Shown: in pieces, positions 9,217 to 18,215 of the stretch
Numbering within the stretch: the stretch's first letter is position 1
How the letters are laid out: every line of letters begins with the position of its first letter
DNA from: an uncultured virus (IMG/VR IMGVR_UViG_3300010885_025158)
Lineage: Duplodnaviria > Heunggongvirae > Uroviricota > Caudoviricetes
Length of the DNA: 20,000 bases
Virus record (IMG/VR): IMGVR_UViG_3300010885_025158
Strand: one strand, 5' to 3'
The notes under the pieces: model-generated
Told to the model about the DNA's origin: nothing
The model's database searches: none
The model's input: the letters and a program-made list of their open reading frames with translations, nothing else
Made by a program: the position numbers and the translations under genes

Positions 9217-10071
9217 TCATTTTGTTATATACTCAGCAGTAGAGTCTACATCTTCTTGCGACAATTCACCTGGGTCTACGTCGTCCGGTAGTGTTATTAT
9301 TTGCACTATAAAACCGCAATCTTCAATTAGTGGCTTTAGTAACTCACTAGCTTTTCTGCCTGCTTCATCACCATCAAACATTAAATAAACGTGAGTAATG
9401 CCTTGTGCTTTAAAAGGCAACATTTTTTGTTTTGTTGAATTTTGAAGTGTGTTTGTACCAAAAGCACATATAACATTATGTAAGCCCTTGTCGTACAAAT
9501 TTAACATATCAAAAATACCTTCAACAATTACCATAGACTTGTAGCCTGCTGGTAAATGACTAGGAAATACTGGTATCTGAACTCCGCTTGGGTAGTTTAA
9601 ATATCTAGGATTGCCGTTTGATAGGGTATGTCTACCTACAAAAACTACTGTTTTACCAGTTATGTCCTTGACGGGAAATATAATTCGGTCTTGTAGTTTT
9701 TCTACTTGATTTGTATAAAAAGCTCCAAAATACTTTAAAGTTTGTGGGCTAATGCCGCGAAACTGTTTGGTATAAGGCGTATATCCTGTAGGCAACTCTA
9801 AGTCTAGTCCAAAGTTTTTTAGTTCCGCTAATTTTTCTTTTAGTGCTGCTATTTTAAGTGGAATTGGATTTGTAAATATGCCGTAGTATTTAAATATGTT
9901 CGTTTTAAACCCACAACTAAAACAATGAGCAATCCCACTTACTCTGTCAACTCGGAAACTAGGGTTTGAGTCTTCGTGCTCTGAGTTTAGGCATTTGATT
10001 AAGTAGTCACGACCAGATACTGTAAATGCCAAACTATTTTTATTTAAAATATCTAATACTGGATCACTCAT
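9217..10071 (-). CDS. DNA primase (DnaG-like: zinc-binding domain plus TOPRIM)
   Basis: C....H.D..PS...HCFSC zinc finger, RIIFP, VEGIFD and FDGDEAG TOPRIM motifs. Confidence 0.93.
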   Translation of the reverse strand: MSDPVLDILNKNSLAFTVSGRDYLIKCLNSEHEDSNPSFRVDRVSGIAHCFSCGFKTNIFKYYGIFTNPIPLKIAALKEKLAELKNFGLDLELPTGYTPYTKQFRGISPQTLKYFGAFYTNQVEKLQDRIIFPVKDITGKTVVFVGRHTLSNGNPRYLNYPSGVQIPVFPSHLPAGYKSMVIVEGIFDMLNLYDKGLHNVICAFGTNTLQNSTKQKMLPFKAQGITHVYLMFDGDEAGRKASELLKPLIEDCGFIVQIITLPDDVDPGELSQEDVDSTAEYITK

Positions 10072-10271
10072 GTTACTACTTTACTTAATTGCCAACTGTG
10101 TACTTCTGCTAGTATGCCATCATCATAACGTACTGTTACGTTTGGCCAATATTTTTCTGCGTCATGTTTGTAAGTTTCTACAACAGCTTGTTTTCTGGTA
10201 GTACTTACATATACTAAATCCCCTACTACATATTCGATTCTACGACCATAAGGTACATTTTGATTATGCAT
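10068..10271 (-). CDS. small hypothetical protein, SH3/KOW-like beta pattern
   Basis: Fills the helicase-primase gap and overlaps both genes; 'YVVGDLVYV...VTVRYDDG' pattern. Start chosen at ATG 10271. Confidence 0.6.
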   Translation of the reverse strand: MHNQNVPYGRRIEYVVGDLVYVSTTRKQAVVETYKHDAEKYWPNVTVRYDDGILAEVHSWQLSKVVT

Positions 10272-11652
10272 TCCAGGGTAAGTCAGATTGTGAATCATCT
10301 TGTTTTACCTGTTCTTTTGGTTTCTTACCAGCTTTCTTAATAACTTCCTTATCGGCAGGCCTGTCCACAGACTGTGGGCTAATGCGTAAGGTATCCCAAT
10401 CGATCGGGCACGTAAATGCCATTTCCTTGCCGCCACGAATTTTCGTGGTTTCAAAGCTGATTGCGTTCGTTTCTTTATCGTGTGCTTCCATCGTAAGAGC
10501 AATGTCCGCCGCATCCAATATACCTTTTGCGAACCGTGCTTCTCCGGTTGCATCGATCTGGTATGGCGAAACCATAACAATTTCATATTTTCGTGCAAGA
10601 TTTTTAAGTTTCTTTGATACTTCAATTTGTGGTTTCCAGTCAAACTGATCGCTTCCTTCTAGTACAATTTGATTTAGGTAATCAACAACCGCTACTTTTA
10701 GTTTATCACCAAATCTAGCTTTGGCTTTACCAATATGCAAGTCGATACTGCTTAGGGTTAAGTCTCTGTCATCAACAATAATCATTTGATTATCTTCTTT
10801 TAGCTGATGCTGTCTTACTAGGTTTTCTTCAAATTTAAACCTGTCTCTATGACGCATAAAGTCTAGTACTGTTTGATCTGCGTCTTGAAACATATCTGCT
10901 CTGACTTTTACTACCCTAAGTATTTCATCGTCAGTTAGTTTATGCTGTTTGAGATTCTGGAGATTAACGTTAGCTAAAATTGCTAAGTTACGCTCCATTG
11001 TCTCCATTGCTGTCATTTCAATAGAGAAATAAATACTACTGTTACCAGACTGATATTGATTAACAAAGATGTTGCTACTAGTAATAGATTTACCGGAGCC
11101 TCGTTTACCCCCAATGAGTATGAGTTCTTGGCGAGCAACACCACCAAGAACAGCGTCAAAAGTATTATTAAGGCCAAGATATACACGTTCTTTCTCCAAA
11201 TCTTCTGGGTGACGAAACATCATTATGTCCGCCATTGTAAAAACTTTCTCACTAGTGTGAGTTTTTTCTTCTATTGTTAAGGCTATACTTGCTAAATTAT
11301 CTTTTATTTCTGCGGAATCGTAAAGCGGTAGTTTGTCTACGAATTTGTCTAATAATTTTACGGTTTCATTTTGTGTATACTGATCGATTAACGCATCTAG
11401 CGCAACCTCAGCTGAAACGTCAGGAACCTCAGTTAAACGGAGAGTTGCTAACGTCTTGGACGCCGGACCCTCCCTTAAGGTTAATTCTAGGTCATCAAAT
11501 GACGGTATAGCGCTATACTTATCATAGTACTTATTTATTACGCTATACAAGGAAGAGTACGCAGCATCTAAAAATACTAACTTAAGCTTTGCCCAAATAT
11601 CTAAGTTTCGCTCAGTTAATAATTTATTTAAGACTACTGCTGACGTATCCAA
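10264..11652 (-). CDS. D6: replicative DnaB-like helicase (T5 D6-like)
   Basis: Walker A GKRGSGKS, FSIEM, Walker B VVDYLN, K.R finger (TKIR); TTG start; upstream of primase. Confidence 0.9.
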   Translation of the reverse strand: MDTSAVVLNKLLTERNLDIWAKLKLVFLDAAYSSLYSVINKYYDKYSAIPSFDDLELTLREGPASKTLATLRLTEVPDVSAEVALDALIDQYTQNETVKLLDKFVDKLPLYDSAEIKDNLASIALTIEEKTHTSEKVFTMADIMMFRHPEDLEKERVYLGLNNTFDAVLGGVARQELILIGGKRGSGKSITSSNIFVNQYQSGNSSIYFSIEMTAMETMERNLAILANVNLQNLKQHKLTDDEILRVVKVRADMFQDADQTVLDFMRHRDRFKFEENLVRQHQLKEDNQMIIVDDRDLTLSSIDLHIGKAKARFGDKLKVAVVDYLNQIVLEGSDQFDWKPQIEVSKKLKNLARKYEIVMVSPYQIDATGEARFAKGILDAADIALTMEAHDKETNAISFETTKIRGGKEMAFTCPIDWDTLRISPQSVDRPADKEVIKKAGKKPKEQVKQDDSQSDLPWNA

Positions 11653-11654
11653 GG

Positions 11655-11954
11655 TTACCCTACTTTCGATTCATTGTCTATAATAACTTGGTCAATAATT
11701 TCACTAATTTTATAAGTTATAGATTCTCTTAGCTTTTTTAAATCTTGTTGATAGGTTGCACCACTATCATATAACAAACTTAATTGTTCGTGGGTTATAA
11801 GTTGCTGTAACCCAAAATAAATCTGGTCATAAGCCATAGTAGATTCAGGCGTAATATCTACTTGTACGGCTTTACCATAATTGTGCATTGCCTGTTTAAC
11901 AACTTCCTCTACCGTAAAGGAGTCGTTATCGTGGTATGTTAATGTTACTTTCAT
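11655..11954 (-). CDS. hypothetical protein
   Basis: 99-aa ATG ORF that ends 2 nt before the helicase start. Confidence 0.7.
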   Translation of the reverse strand: MKVTLTYHDNDSFTVEEVVKQAMHNYGKAVQVDITPESTMAYDQIYFGLQQLITHEQLSLLYDSGATYQQDLKKLRESITYKISEIIDQVIIDNESKVG

Positions 11955-11972
11955 GTTACGACTCTACAAAGT

Positions 11973-12007
11973 AAAAAAGCTCGGAAGCTTTTATGGACTT
12001 CCGAGCT
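11973..12007 (-). terminator. intrinsic terminator after D5
   Basis: 10-bp stem AGCTCGGAAG / CTTCCGAGCT followed by a T-run on the minus strand. Confidence 0.8.
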
Positions 12008-12025
12008 AAATAGTATTTATACTTA

Positions 12026-12775
12026 TTAAGCAGCTGCTTTAGCTTCAGCTTTAGCTTTTTTAGCTGCGCCATCATAGTCAGCAACTTTGATACCACGACG
12101 AGTAAGCAAAGTACGAAGACCACGTTCTGTTTTGTCAACAGAGGCTGCAATTTCAGCAACAGTCATAGTGCTGAGTTTGTCACCCAAAGCTGTAACTGGA
12201 TCAATAGATTCCTTAGCATGAGATTGCTTTTGAGCAGGAATCTTAGAAATTTGACCTTTGCGTGTCAGGCTAAGAGCCTTACCACGAACTGAGGCAACAG
12301 TTTTATTCAATGCAGTTGCAATGTCTTCAATGAAACTACCAGCTTCTGCCATGTTGATGAACTTGGCTTCTTCTGCGTCACTGTAAGTACGAGCAACTTC
12401 AACTTTTTCAGCAGGCTTTACTGAACCAGTCAATTCTAAGGCAAGTAACTTACCTTGAATTTGTTTGGCAGTAAACTTGGCATCAGCGAAATGTTCAGCA
12501 ATTTGTTTGTAGGTTAAGTTACCAGCGTTTGCATTTACGAAGTCAGCAAGATCAGTGCTTTCGTCGTGGGTAAATGCACTAGTTTTTTCTTTAGCTAGTG
12601 AAGCAACTTCACGGTCTAGTTGACGCAATTTAGAAGCAACAGAGCGAGTTGTGAACCCAAGAACTTCAGCAGCGTGTTCAACAGACTCTACGCTAACGGG
12701 GCTTGAGTTACCAACGATATTCAAAAGTTGGCTAACAGTGTCGTCAGACCATTTTTTAGTGGCTTTTTCAGTCAT
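12026..12775 (-). CDS. D5: T5 D5-like DNA-binding protein with tandem HTH-like repeats
   Basis: Repeated helical units (TTRSVASKL, TAKQIQGKL, TVASVRGKA, TERGLRTLL); directly after ligB as in T5. Confidence 0.85.
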   Translation of the reverse strand: MTEKATKKWSDDTVSQLLNIVGNSSPVSVESVEHAAEVLGFTTRSVASKLRQLDREVASLAKEKTSAFTHDESTDLADFVNANAGNLTYKQIAEHFADAKFTAKQIQGKLLALELTGSVKPAEKVEVARTYSDAEEAKFINMAEAGSFIEDIATALNKTVASVRGKALSLTRKGQISKIPAQKQSHAKESIDPVTALGDKLSTMTVAEIAASVDKTERGLRTLLTRRGIKVADYDGAAKKAKAEAKAAA

Positions 12776-13529
12776 TTTTATTTTCTTTCAAGAAATTATT
12801 TAAGTTTGTGATTATGGTTATTCCGAGGGACTCGGCTTTTTTGCGTTTTGTACTACCTTTATCTTCTTCATCAACTAAATAGTCTGTGGTTTTTGTTACA
12901 GACTCTGTTGCCTTGTACCCTGCAACTTCCAGTGCTTTATGTGCTTCTGCTTTAGTTTTAAATGAAGATAATTTTCCTGTAATGCAAATGGTTTTTAAAT
13001 CCCCAGTTACAACAGAATTTTTCTGAGAACGAAATGTGAAAGGCAAAAACTCTCTCATTTCGATAAAATCAGTTTCTAGCCAAGACAATAGGTTTTGTGT
13101 AACCTTTTCGCCCAAACCTGCTTGTTTACAAGTTTCCTGATTAATTTCGTCTATTGAATTAACAACAAGACAAATTTTTGTTGAAGCAGTATTACCTACA
13201 AGAGGTATTGAAAAAGATGCTAGAATAGTGGCTAAATCGGCGGATTTAGATTTTTCAATTTCTAAAAGAAGTTTTTCTGCTACTTTTGTACTACCCACTG
13301 CTTCAACTACTTGGTCTTGATCTAGATAATACAATTCAGTAATATCCGCTAGACTAAGTTTTTCTACTGTACGAGCACCCATACCTTTAATAGAAAGCGT
13401 CTTACAGAAGTGTTCGAGCTTTTTATTTAGTTGAGCACCGCAAGCTGTGTTTCTACAAAAGAGCTGATCGTTGACCAGTTCTAAAGTATAATTACAGCAG
13501 GGGCATTCGGTTGGTATTTCGATTCTCAT
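12768..13529 (-). CDS. ligB: NAD+-dependent DNA ligase subunit B (Zn finger, HhH, BRCT)
   Basis: CPCC...C...C zinc finger, HhH motifs (IKGMG, IPLVG, GLG), BRCT ICITG...SVTK.TDYLV...KKAESLGI. Confidence 0.9.
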   Translation of the reverse strand: MRIEIPTECPCCNYTLELVNDQLFCRNTACGAQLNKKLEHFCKTLSIKGMGARTVEKLSLADITELYYLDQDQVVEAVGSTKVAEKLLLEIEKSKSADLATILASFSIPLVGNTASTKICLVVNSIDEINQETCKQAGLGEKVTQNLLSWLETDFIEMREFLPFTFRSQKNSVVTGDLKTICITGKLSSFKTKAEAHKALEVAGYKATESVTKTTDYLVDEEDKGSTKRKKAESLGITIITNLNNFLKENKND

Positions 13530-13554
13530 AGTTTCATTATCAATTTATAAGTAT

Positions 13555-13583
13555 ATTATAACCGATTAAGGAGGCTTTATCAA
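13555..13583 (-). promoter_or_regulatory. sigma70-like promoter TTGATA-17-TATAAT between the two ligase subunit genes
   Basis: + strand ATTATA at 13555-13560 and TATCAA at 13578-13583. Confidence 0.75.
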
Positions 13584-13614
13584 GTGTAAATTTTACTACC
13601 CTGACTTCGTCAAC

Positions 13615-14568
13615 CTACGCATCTACTTTATGCAAGATGCAAGGAATAATCTCACCAGAGCGAATTACTGCTACAGTGTCTCCGATTTGGAGATCCAGCA
13701 TTTCAATAAAGCCAGGATTATTAAGAGTAGCTCTGGAGACCAAAGCATCACCAATATAAACAGGCTCTAGAATAGCTACTGGAGTAACTTTACCAGATTT
13801 ACCAACTTGCCACTCAACTCCGATAAGTTTTGTTTCAACGTGTTCGGCTCGCTCTTTTCTTGCATAAGCGCCCCTGGGATGTTTAGCTGTATAGCCCATT
13901 TCGTAAAATGTTTTATTGTCATTTACGCGAAATACTACACCATCACAAGGATATATTTTGTCTAGATCAGCTTCGTTGATTACACTAAATCCAAAAGACT
14001 TTAAGTCTGACATATCTTGGTTAAAAGTAGAAGCAATGCTTGGCTGTATCCCATAAGCAAAGAAACTAATTGCTCTAGTTTTAAACTCGTCTGTATTTTT
14101 TAGATTTAGTGCACCTGCTGCATAGTTTCGGGCATTCTCAATATTTTTAGGGGCTACGATTTCGCCTGTAATTTGGAATACTCCCTTAACAGGTATTTCA
14201 TGAGGCACAAGTTTAGTAGCTAACAACTTGTCAGTAATTACCTGACCTTCTATGCCATCACCACGCGTAAGACCTCTAACAAGATTACCATCAACATACA
14301 GTAAGCTAATAGCTGCCCCGTCCAGCTTAGTACTAACAACAATGTCTCGAATACCTTCCAAAGGCCGTTTTTGATTTTCGTCTTCATAGTATTTTTGTAA
14401 GCTGTACATTTGATAAACATGACGCTCTACATTGCCGTGTTGTTTTGCACCCACAGCATTGTAGCCAATTGACTCAGCCAATTGGTCAAACTGAGCATCA
14501 CTAATTACTGGACTACCGGCATAGTATGCTCTTGAAGCAACATTTAGATATTGTTCTAGTTTATTCAT
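13615..14568 (-). CDS. ligA: NAD+-dependent DNA ligase subunit A (Ia, adenylation, OB domains)
   Basis: YY...P.ISD..FD, KLDG, TRGDG..G, RNYAAG, DGVV, WQVGKSG..TPVA, GEIIP. Start moved to ATG 14568 (MNKLEQ), downstream of the promoter and an AGGA SD. Confidence 0.93.
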   Translation of the reverse strand: MNKLEQYLNVASRAYYAGSPVISDAQFDQLAESIGYNAVGAKQHGNVERHVYQMYSLQKYYEDENQKRPLEGIRDIVVSTKLDGAAISLLYVDGNLVRGLTRGDGIEGQVITDKLLATKLVPHEIPVKGVFQITGEIVAPKNIENARNYAAGALNLKNTDEFKTRAISFFAYGIQPSIASTFNQDMSDLKSFGFSVINEADLDKIYPCDGVVFRVNDNKTFYEMGYTAKHPRGAYARKERAEHVETKLIGVEWQVGKSGKVTPVAILEPVYIGDALVSRATLNNPGFIEMLDLQIGDTVAVIRSGEIIPCILHKVDA

Positions 14569-14589
14569 TAATCCTGCCTTTAAATAATA

Positions 14590-14618
14590 ATTATACCAGT
14601 TTAGGGTCGGCATTACAA
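14590..14618 (-). promoter_or_regulatory. sigma70-like promoter TTGTAA-17-TATAAT upstream of ligA
   Basis: + strand ATTATA at 14590-14595 and TTACAA at 14613-14618, embedded in the 3' end of the upstream ORF. Confidence 0.7.
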
Positions 14619-14890
14619 GTCAATTTTTCTGAATAGTGACGGATAATATCTTCGCCTTCTGCTTTTGAGCATATGTCAAATAGTCCGTCTAACATTGCAT
14701 AAATATTTTCTGTTGACGCAGGTATTGATACACCTTCTCGACTAGGTATCCACTCACCTTCATAACTTAAAAAGTACTTTCTAAGTTGTATATAAGTTGT
14801 TTCCCTAAAGTCATTAACTACTAAACGTACCTGGTAGCCTTTTTCTAGATTTTCTTCAATTAGTTTGTTGTATTGTATATTTGAATCCAT
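14591..14890 (-). CDS. PC4 / transcriptional coactivator p15-like ssDNA-binding protein
   Basis: V..FR...YI.LRKYF....GEW.P...GVSIP matches the PC4/YdbC family pattern; GGAG SD. Confidence 0.8.
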   Translation of the reverse strand: MDSNIQYNKLIEENLEKGYQVRLVVNDFRETTYIQLRKYFLSYEGEWIPSREGVSIPASTENIYAMLDGLFDICSKAEGEDIIRHYSEKLTCNADPKLV

Positions 14891-14947
14891 TTAGGCTCCG
14901 GTAAACTTTTTAACTTTTAAAATTTTGCTGGTTTGGCGCCTGTGTTT

Positions 14948-15568
14948 TTATATGCGTACACCCAGCTGTCGTAGGTGCTCTAGGCTAGCTAGCTCTGTGG
15001 CTTCTTGATATGCATTTTGTTGCCATTTTTCTGCCAACAACCACACTCTGTAAATCCAGCCGTGCCGCTCGCTAAAAGACTCCGCATCAATTCTAGCGGT
15101 AGAGTCATATCGAGCACTATAAACTACTTCACCAACTTTAAATCGATCACGCACTGCACCTTCTGGGATTAGTTCTGGTTTAAAGTAGCTGCTTCCAGGT
15201 ACACGAATAGGTACTGAGTTAGTTTCTAGAATATTCTTGATGAATGTGCTACTACGAAATGTAGCTTTAGAGATTGCATCTACAGTTTCGCCCGCAAGGT
15301 ATTCAGAAATAATGTAAACGCGTTCTTCGTCAGTTACTGGCTTGCCTCGTTTCTCTGCTCTGCGTTCAGCATTCCTACTTTGTTTCTTTTTCCAGTCTTC
15401 GATGATTGTTCCAAGCCTGGTCGTATTATATGCCATGCCAAGAATTTGGCAAGCATCTTTTTTAGTAATTGCTTTCGCACCTTGTTCAGGCTCTAGCAGT
15501 TTAATGACTTTTGCTATATTAGCATCCGTCATCAATTCTTCTTCACTAGCTGATTTTTTTCTTGCCAT
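14948..15568 (-). CDS. D2: T5 D2-like DNA-binding protein
   Basis: TKKDACQILG HTH-like motif and YLAGETVDAISK..FRS, resembling T5 D2; GGAG SD. Confidence 0.7.
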   Translation of the reverse strand: MARKKSASEEELMTDANIAKVIKLLEPEQGAKAITKKDACQILGMAYNTTRLGTIIEDWKKKQSRNAERRAEKRGKPVTDEERVYIISEYLAGETVDAISKATFRSSTFIKNILETNSVPIRVPGSSYFKPELIPEGAVRDRFKVGEVVYSARYDSTARIDAESFSERHGWIYRVWLLAEKWQQNAYQEATELASLEHLRQLGVRI

Positions 15569-15579
15569 AATGCTTCTCC

Positions 15580-15607
15580 AAAAGAAAAAGGCGGCACTAG
15601 GCCGCCT
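15580..15607 (-). terminator. intrinsic terminator after D3
   Basis: Minus strand AGGCGGC-CTAGT-GCCGCCT-TTTTCTTTT. Confidence 0.85.
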
Positions 15608-15610
15608 CGT

Positions 15611-15973
15611 TTACGCTTTCAACACGCCCAAGAAATAAACTGCGGCTTTGCCAGTCAGTTTGCTCAAAATGTCTTCGTCAATCTCAGCACCTTTAGCTTC
15701 GATTGCGGCTTTAAGATCAGCAATGCTAGACTCTTTGCTAACACGCTTACTACCTTCACCAGCAGGCTTGGCAGTTTTGCTAGTAGAAGCACCGGCTTCT
15801 TTCTTAACATAAACACCAGCTTGTACTAGTACCATACGAACGCCGTTAGGCGACATTTCAATTTCTTCTGCAATATCTTTGATAATTTCAGTTGAGGATT
15901 CAGGGGTTGGGCCTGCTCCTTCATACATTTCAATAACTTTAGTTTTCAGTTCTTCAGTCCATGCGCTTGCCAT
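15611..15973 (-). CDS. D3: T5 D3-like DNA-binding protein
   Basis: WT.EL...SPNGVRMVL..AGVYVKK and KLTGKAA, resembling T5 D3; AAGGA SD. Confidence 0.8.
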   Translation of the reverse strand: MASAWTEELKTKVIEMYEGAGPTPESSTEIIKDIAEEIEMSPNGVRMVLVQAGVYVKKEAGASTSKTAKPAGEGSKRVSKESSIADLKAAIEAKGAEIDEDILSKLTGKAAVYFLGVLKA

Positions 15974-15986
15974 ATTTGTTCCTTTT

Positions 15987-16259
15987 TTAAATATATTCTG
16001 TGTTGATTGCCGACATTTGTTTTGGAGAAAATCGGCGATAGTTGTGCTTTAGATCGTGTTTAGCCAATAGAGCCATAGTTGCTTCATGCTGTGCGGTCTT
16101 TAAAGTACGCATTTCATTGGCAAATAAGGCAAACTCATCTTCTGGCATTTTGGTAACATCAATGCCTTCAATAAATTCAGTGGGGGTAACCAACTCAACT
16201 ATTGCTCGGTCAGAAACTGAGCCGTCAGCTTTAGTGTATGTAAATTCCAAAAGTTTCAT
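15987..16259 (-). CDS. hypothetical protein
   Basis: 90-aa ORF downstream of a promoter; F.Y.K.DG.VS.R WYL-like start. Confidence 0.7.
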   Translation of the reverse strand: MKLLEFTYTKADGSVSDRAIVELVTPTEFIEGIDVTKMPEDEFALFANEMRTLKTAQHEATMALLAKHDLKHNYRRFSPKQMSAINTEYI

Positions 16260-16289
16260 GATGTGCCTTTTCTAATTGATTAAGTATAT

Positions 16290-16318
16290 ATTATATACTA
16301 TAACAGTGATTGATTCAA
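16290..16318 (-). promoter_or_regulatory. sigma70-like promoter TTGAAT-17-TATAAT
   Basis: + strand ATTATA at 16290-16295 and ATTCAA at 16313-16318; A/T UP tract. Confidence 0.75.
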
Positions 16319-16329
16319 ATAAAAAATTT

Positions 16330-16590
16330 TTAATCTTGTTTTAATATTTCTTTTGACAGTCCACGTTCAAACGCTTCCGCGTATTTTGTAAATAAAAGAG
16401 GCAGTACTAAAAATGGGGCAACTATAGTACTAATGATTATATAAATGAATATACTTAACTTAGGATTCTTTGTAAATCCGTTTTCTACATTATTAGATCG
16501 TGCTTTTTGTAATAGTGGATAAAACCATATATAACAAGCAGTAAAAGAAGTACTAAACGCAAATAGCAAATAGTATTCTATTACATCCAT
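16330..16590 (-). CDS. small membrane protein with two hydrophobic segments
   Basis: Hydrophobic stretches YYLLFAFSTSFTACYIWFYPLL and IFIYIIISTIVAPFLVLPLLF. Confidence 0.7.
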   Translation of the reverse strand: MDVIEYYLLFAFSTSFTACYIWFYPLLQKARSNNVENGFTKNPKLSIFIYIIISTIVAPFLVLPLLFTKYAEAFERGLSKEILKQD

Positions 16591-16973
16591 ACCAGCCTTC
16601 CGTTCTTATCGTGAGCGCGTGCACCCAACTGGAAACTTACTCTGCCTTCTGGCACTTTTTTGTCAGGATTACTACGAGCAGCTTGAACAGCCTCTGATTG
16701 TGTTTTAGGATTACTACTAAACAATGCTTTGTCTGCTCTGCCAGTAAACAGCTTAAATATTTTAGCTAATCGAATATCAGTATGCGACCACTGTGGGTTG
16801 CTAGGCGTTTTTCTACGTGCACGAATATTAGTTAAAGCATTTTTAATTTGCTCATTGTTGGGCTGCTGTTTCAACAGCCGCTGCAACTTTAGTTTACGAT
16901 TCTTTTCGTATTTGTTAGAGCTCTTATAAACTGCACTGTAGTTTTGTTTTGATTTACTAGCTGATTTAGCCAA
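16581..16973 (-). CDS. basic conserved T5-like hypothetical protein
   Basis: TTG start with AAGGA SD; Lys/Arg-rich; NR..KL.R.L...P motif recalled from a T5-family basic protein. Confidence 0.7.
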   Translation of the reverse strand: MAKSASKSKQNYSAVYKSSNKYEKNRKLKLQRLLKQQPNNEQIKNALTNIRARRKTPSNPQWSHTDIRLAKIFKLFTGRADKALFSSNPKTQSEAVQAARSNPDKKVPEGRVSFQLGARAHDKNGRLVWM

Positions 16974-16974
16974 T

Positions 16975-17253
16975 TTAATATCCTTTTCTTATTTTAAAGA
17001 TGCCAGTATCTTCTACTGACTTGAGCTCAACAATTTTAGCTTGCTCTAAGTATTCTAAGACTGCAAATGCTTCACCAAAAGAAAAAATACGTTGCTGCTC
17101 TTGATTAACAAGATCAGCAACGTGATTTAAATACTCTAGGCTTACTAGCTTCCAAGTCTCAGTACTTAGTTCACCAACGAGAGTCTTGAAGGGATTCGTT
17201 TTCAAACTGGACTTCGTGGTATTCGACATGGGCAGCCTCGTCACTTTCAGCAA
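16975..17253 (-). CDS. hypothetical protein (start probably the later ATG at 17229)
   Basis: ORF in operon context; the C-terminus looks winged-helix-like. Confidence 0.55.
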   Translation of the reverse strand: MLKVTRLPMSNTTKSSLKTNPFKTLVGELSTETWKLVSLEYLNHVADLVNQEQQRIFSFGEAFAVLEYLEQAKIVELKSVEDTGIFKIRKGY

Positions 17254-17503
17254 GTATTTCTAGTTCTTTAGCCTTGAGCACTTTCATGTGAATATCGTAG
17301 CAGGCTTGCAAAGCTGTAATTAGATCAGGTACTTGTTCAATAGAGATAGGCATATAGCGACGGCAAGTATCTGTAATAGCGATTTCGTCTAAGCCGCCAG
17401 CATTAGTACCATATTCAACATAGTTGTAGAAATAGCTGTCATTATATTCAAAGGTCTCGTCGGTGTCGGTGAGGTCTAGGACTTCGGAAAAGTAAATTTT
17501 CAT
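17171..17503 (-). CDS. acidic hypothetical protein
   Basis: 110-aa ATG ORF directly downstream of a promoter. Confidence 0.7.
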   Translation of the reverse strand: MKIYFSEVLDLTDTDETFEYNDSYFYNYVEYGTNAGGLDEIAITDTCRRYMPISIEQVPDLITALQACYDIHMKVLKAKELEILAESDEAAHVEYHEVQFENESLQDSRW

Positions 17504-17538
17504 AGTTTGTTTGCTTTAAAGTTGTTAGTGAAGTTAAT

Positions 17539-17567
17539 ATTATACTAAAAAATACTCAGCAATTCAA
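17539..17567 (-). promoter_or_regulatory. sigma70-like promoter TTGAAT-17-TATAAT
   Basis: + strand ATTATA at 17539-17544 and ATTCAA at 17562-17567. Confidence 0.75.
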
Positions 17568-17597
17568 GTAAATATTTTTTAATCAAAGTAGAATAGG

Positions 17598-17672
17598 TGG
17601 TGCACTGACTAGGAATTGAACCTAGACTCGACCGATTATGAGTCGGCTGCTTTACCATTAAGCTATCAGTGC
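17598..17672 (-). tRNA. tRNA with CAT anticodon (Ile2-like, or elongator Met)
   Basis: GCACTGA/TCAGTGC acceptor stem, anticodon arm GCCGA-CTCATAA-TCGGT, GGTTCAATTCC T arm, encoded CCA. Confidence 0.9.
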
Positions 17673-18188
17673 TTGTTTTTTAATTTGTTCTAGTGATATT
17701 GGGGTGTAATTAATTCTTTCTACTGATACATTAAAGTATCTGCGATCTGGAATTTGTGCTAATTGCATACGAACTACATTGTTATGTAGGTGCCCGTGCA
17801 CATTAAGACCCCAGCGTGCTAGGCTTTCAGGGTGAATGGGAATATGGGTTAATATAATTCCGTCAAACTGGTGCGATCCACGAATGTCTTTAAAGTACTT
17901 TAAGTACTGTTGAGCAGTAGCTAAATCGTGATTGCCTTTAACAAGAACTTTTTCGCCATTAAGTCTACCTAAGATTTCCAATCCTGTAGCATTACGAGTC
18001 ATAGTTACGTCACCCAAAAAGTAAACTTTATCCGCAGGACGCACCATACTGTTATGGCAAACAACCATATGTTCATTCATATGTTCAACCGAATCAAAAA
18101 CGCGCAGGGGAGCGCCTTCTGAGTCTTTAAACGTCAAAATGTTTTGGTGATGAAAGTGATGGTCACTTGCGAAAAATATGTTTGGCAT
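17658..18188 (-). CDS. calcineurin-like metallophosphoesterase
   Basis: SDHH, LGD, GNHD, THIP and HGHLH motifs; start at MPNIFF (18188), downstream of the promoter. Confidence 0.9.
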   Translation of the reverse strand: MPNIFFASDHHFHHQNILTFKDSEGAPLRVFDSVEHMNEHMVVCHNSMVRPADKVYFLGDVTMTRNATGLEILGRLNGEKVLVKGNHDLATAQQYLKYFKDIRGSHQFDGIILTHIPIHPESLARWGLNVHGHLHNNVVRMQLAQIPDRRYFNVSVERINYTPISLEQIKKQALIA

Positions 18189-18215
18189 AAATAAAAAATC
18201 CCTGAACAAGTATAT

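Noticed and set aside
6886..11652. Introns, inteins or homing endonucleases in pol, primase or helicase
   Set aside because: The ORFs are continuous and of ordinary length, and I saw no HNH, LAGLIDADG or intein motifs.
5280..12159. Alternative-frame minus-strand ORFs (5280-5474, 7110-7319, 7332-7622, 7641-7853, 7908-8093, 10305-10643, 11956-12159)
   Set aside because: They are nested in the intact D10, pol, helicase or D5 frames, or cross a terminator. The host genes show no sign of frameshifts.
12768..14568. Split DNA ligase as a pseudogene or novelty
   Set aside because: A two-subunit NAD+ ligase is an established T5-family trait, and both halves keep their motifs.
621..16929. All + strand ORFs in the track (e.g. 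959-1291, 4086-4442, 15342-15638)
   Set aside because: They are antisense shadows of well-supported minus-strand genes and show no recognisable motifs.
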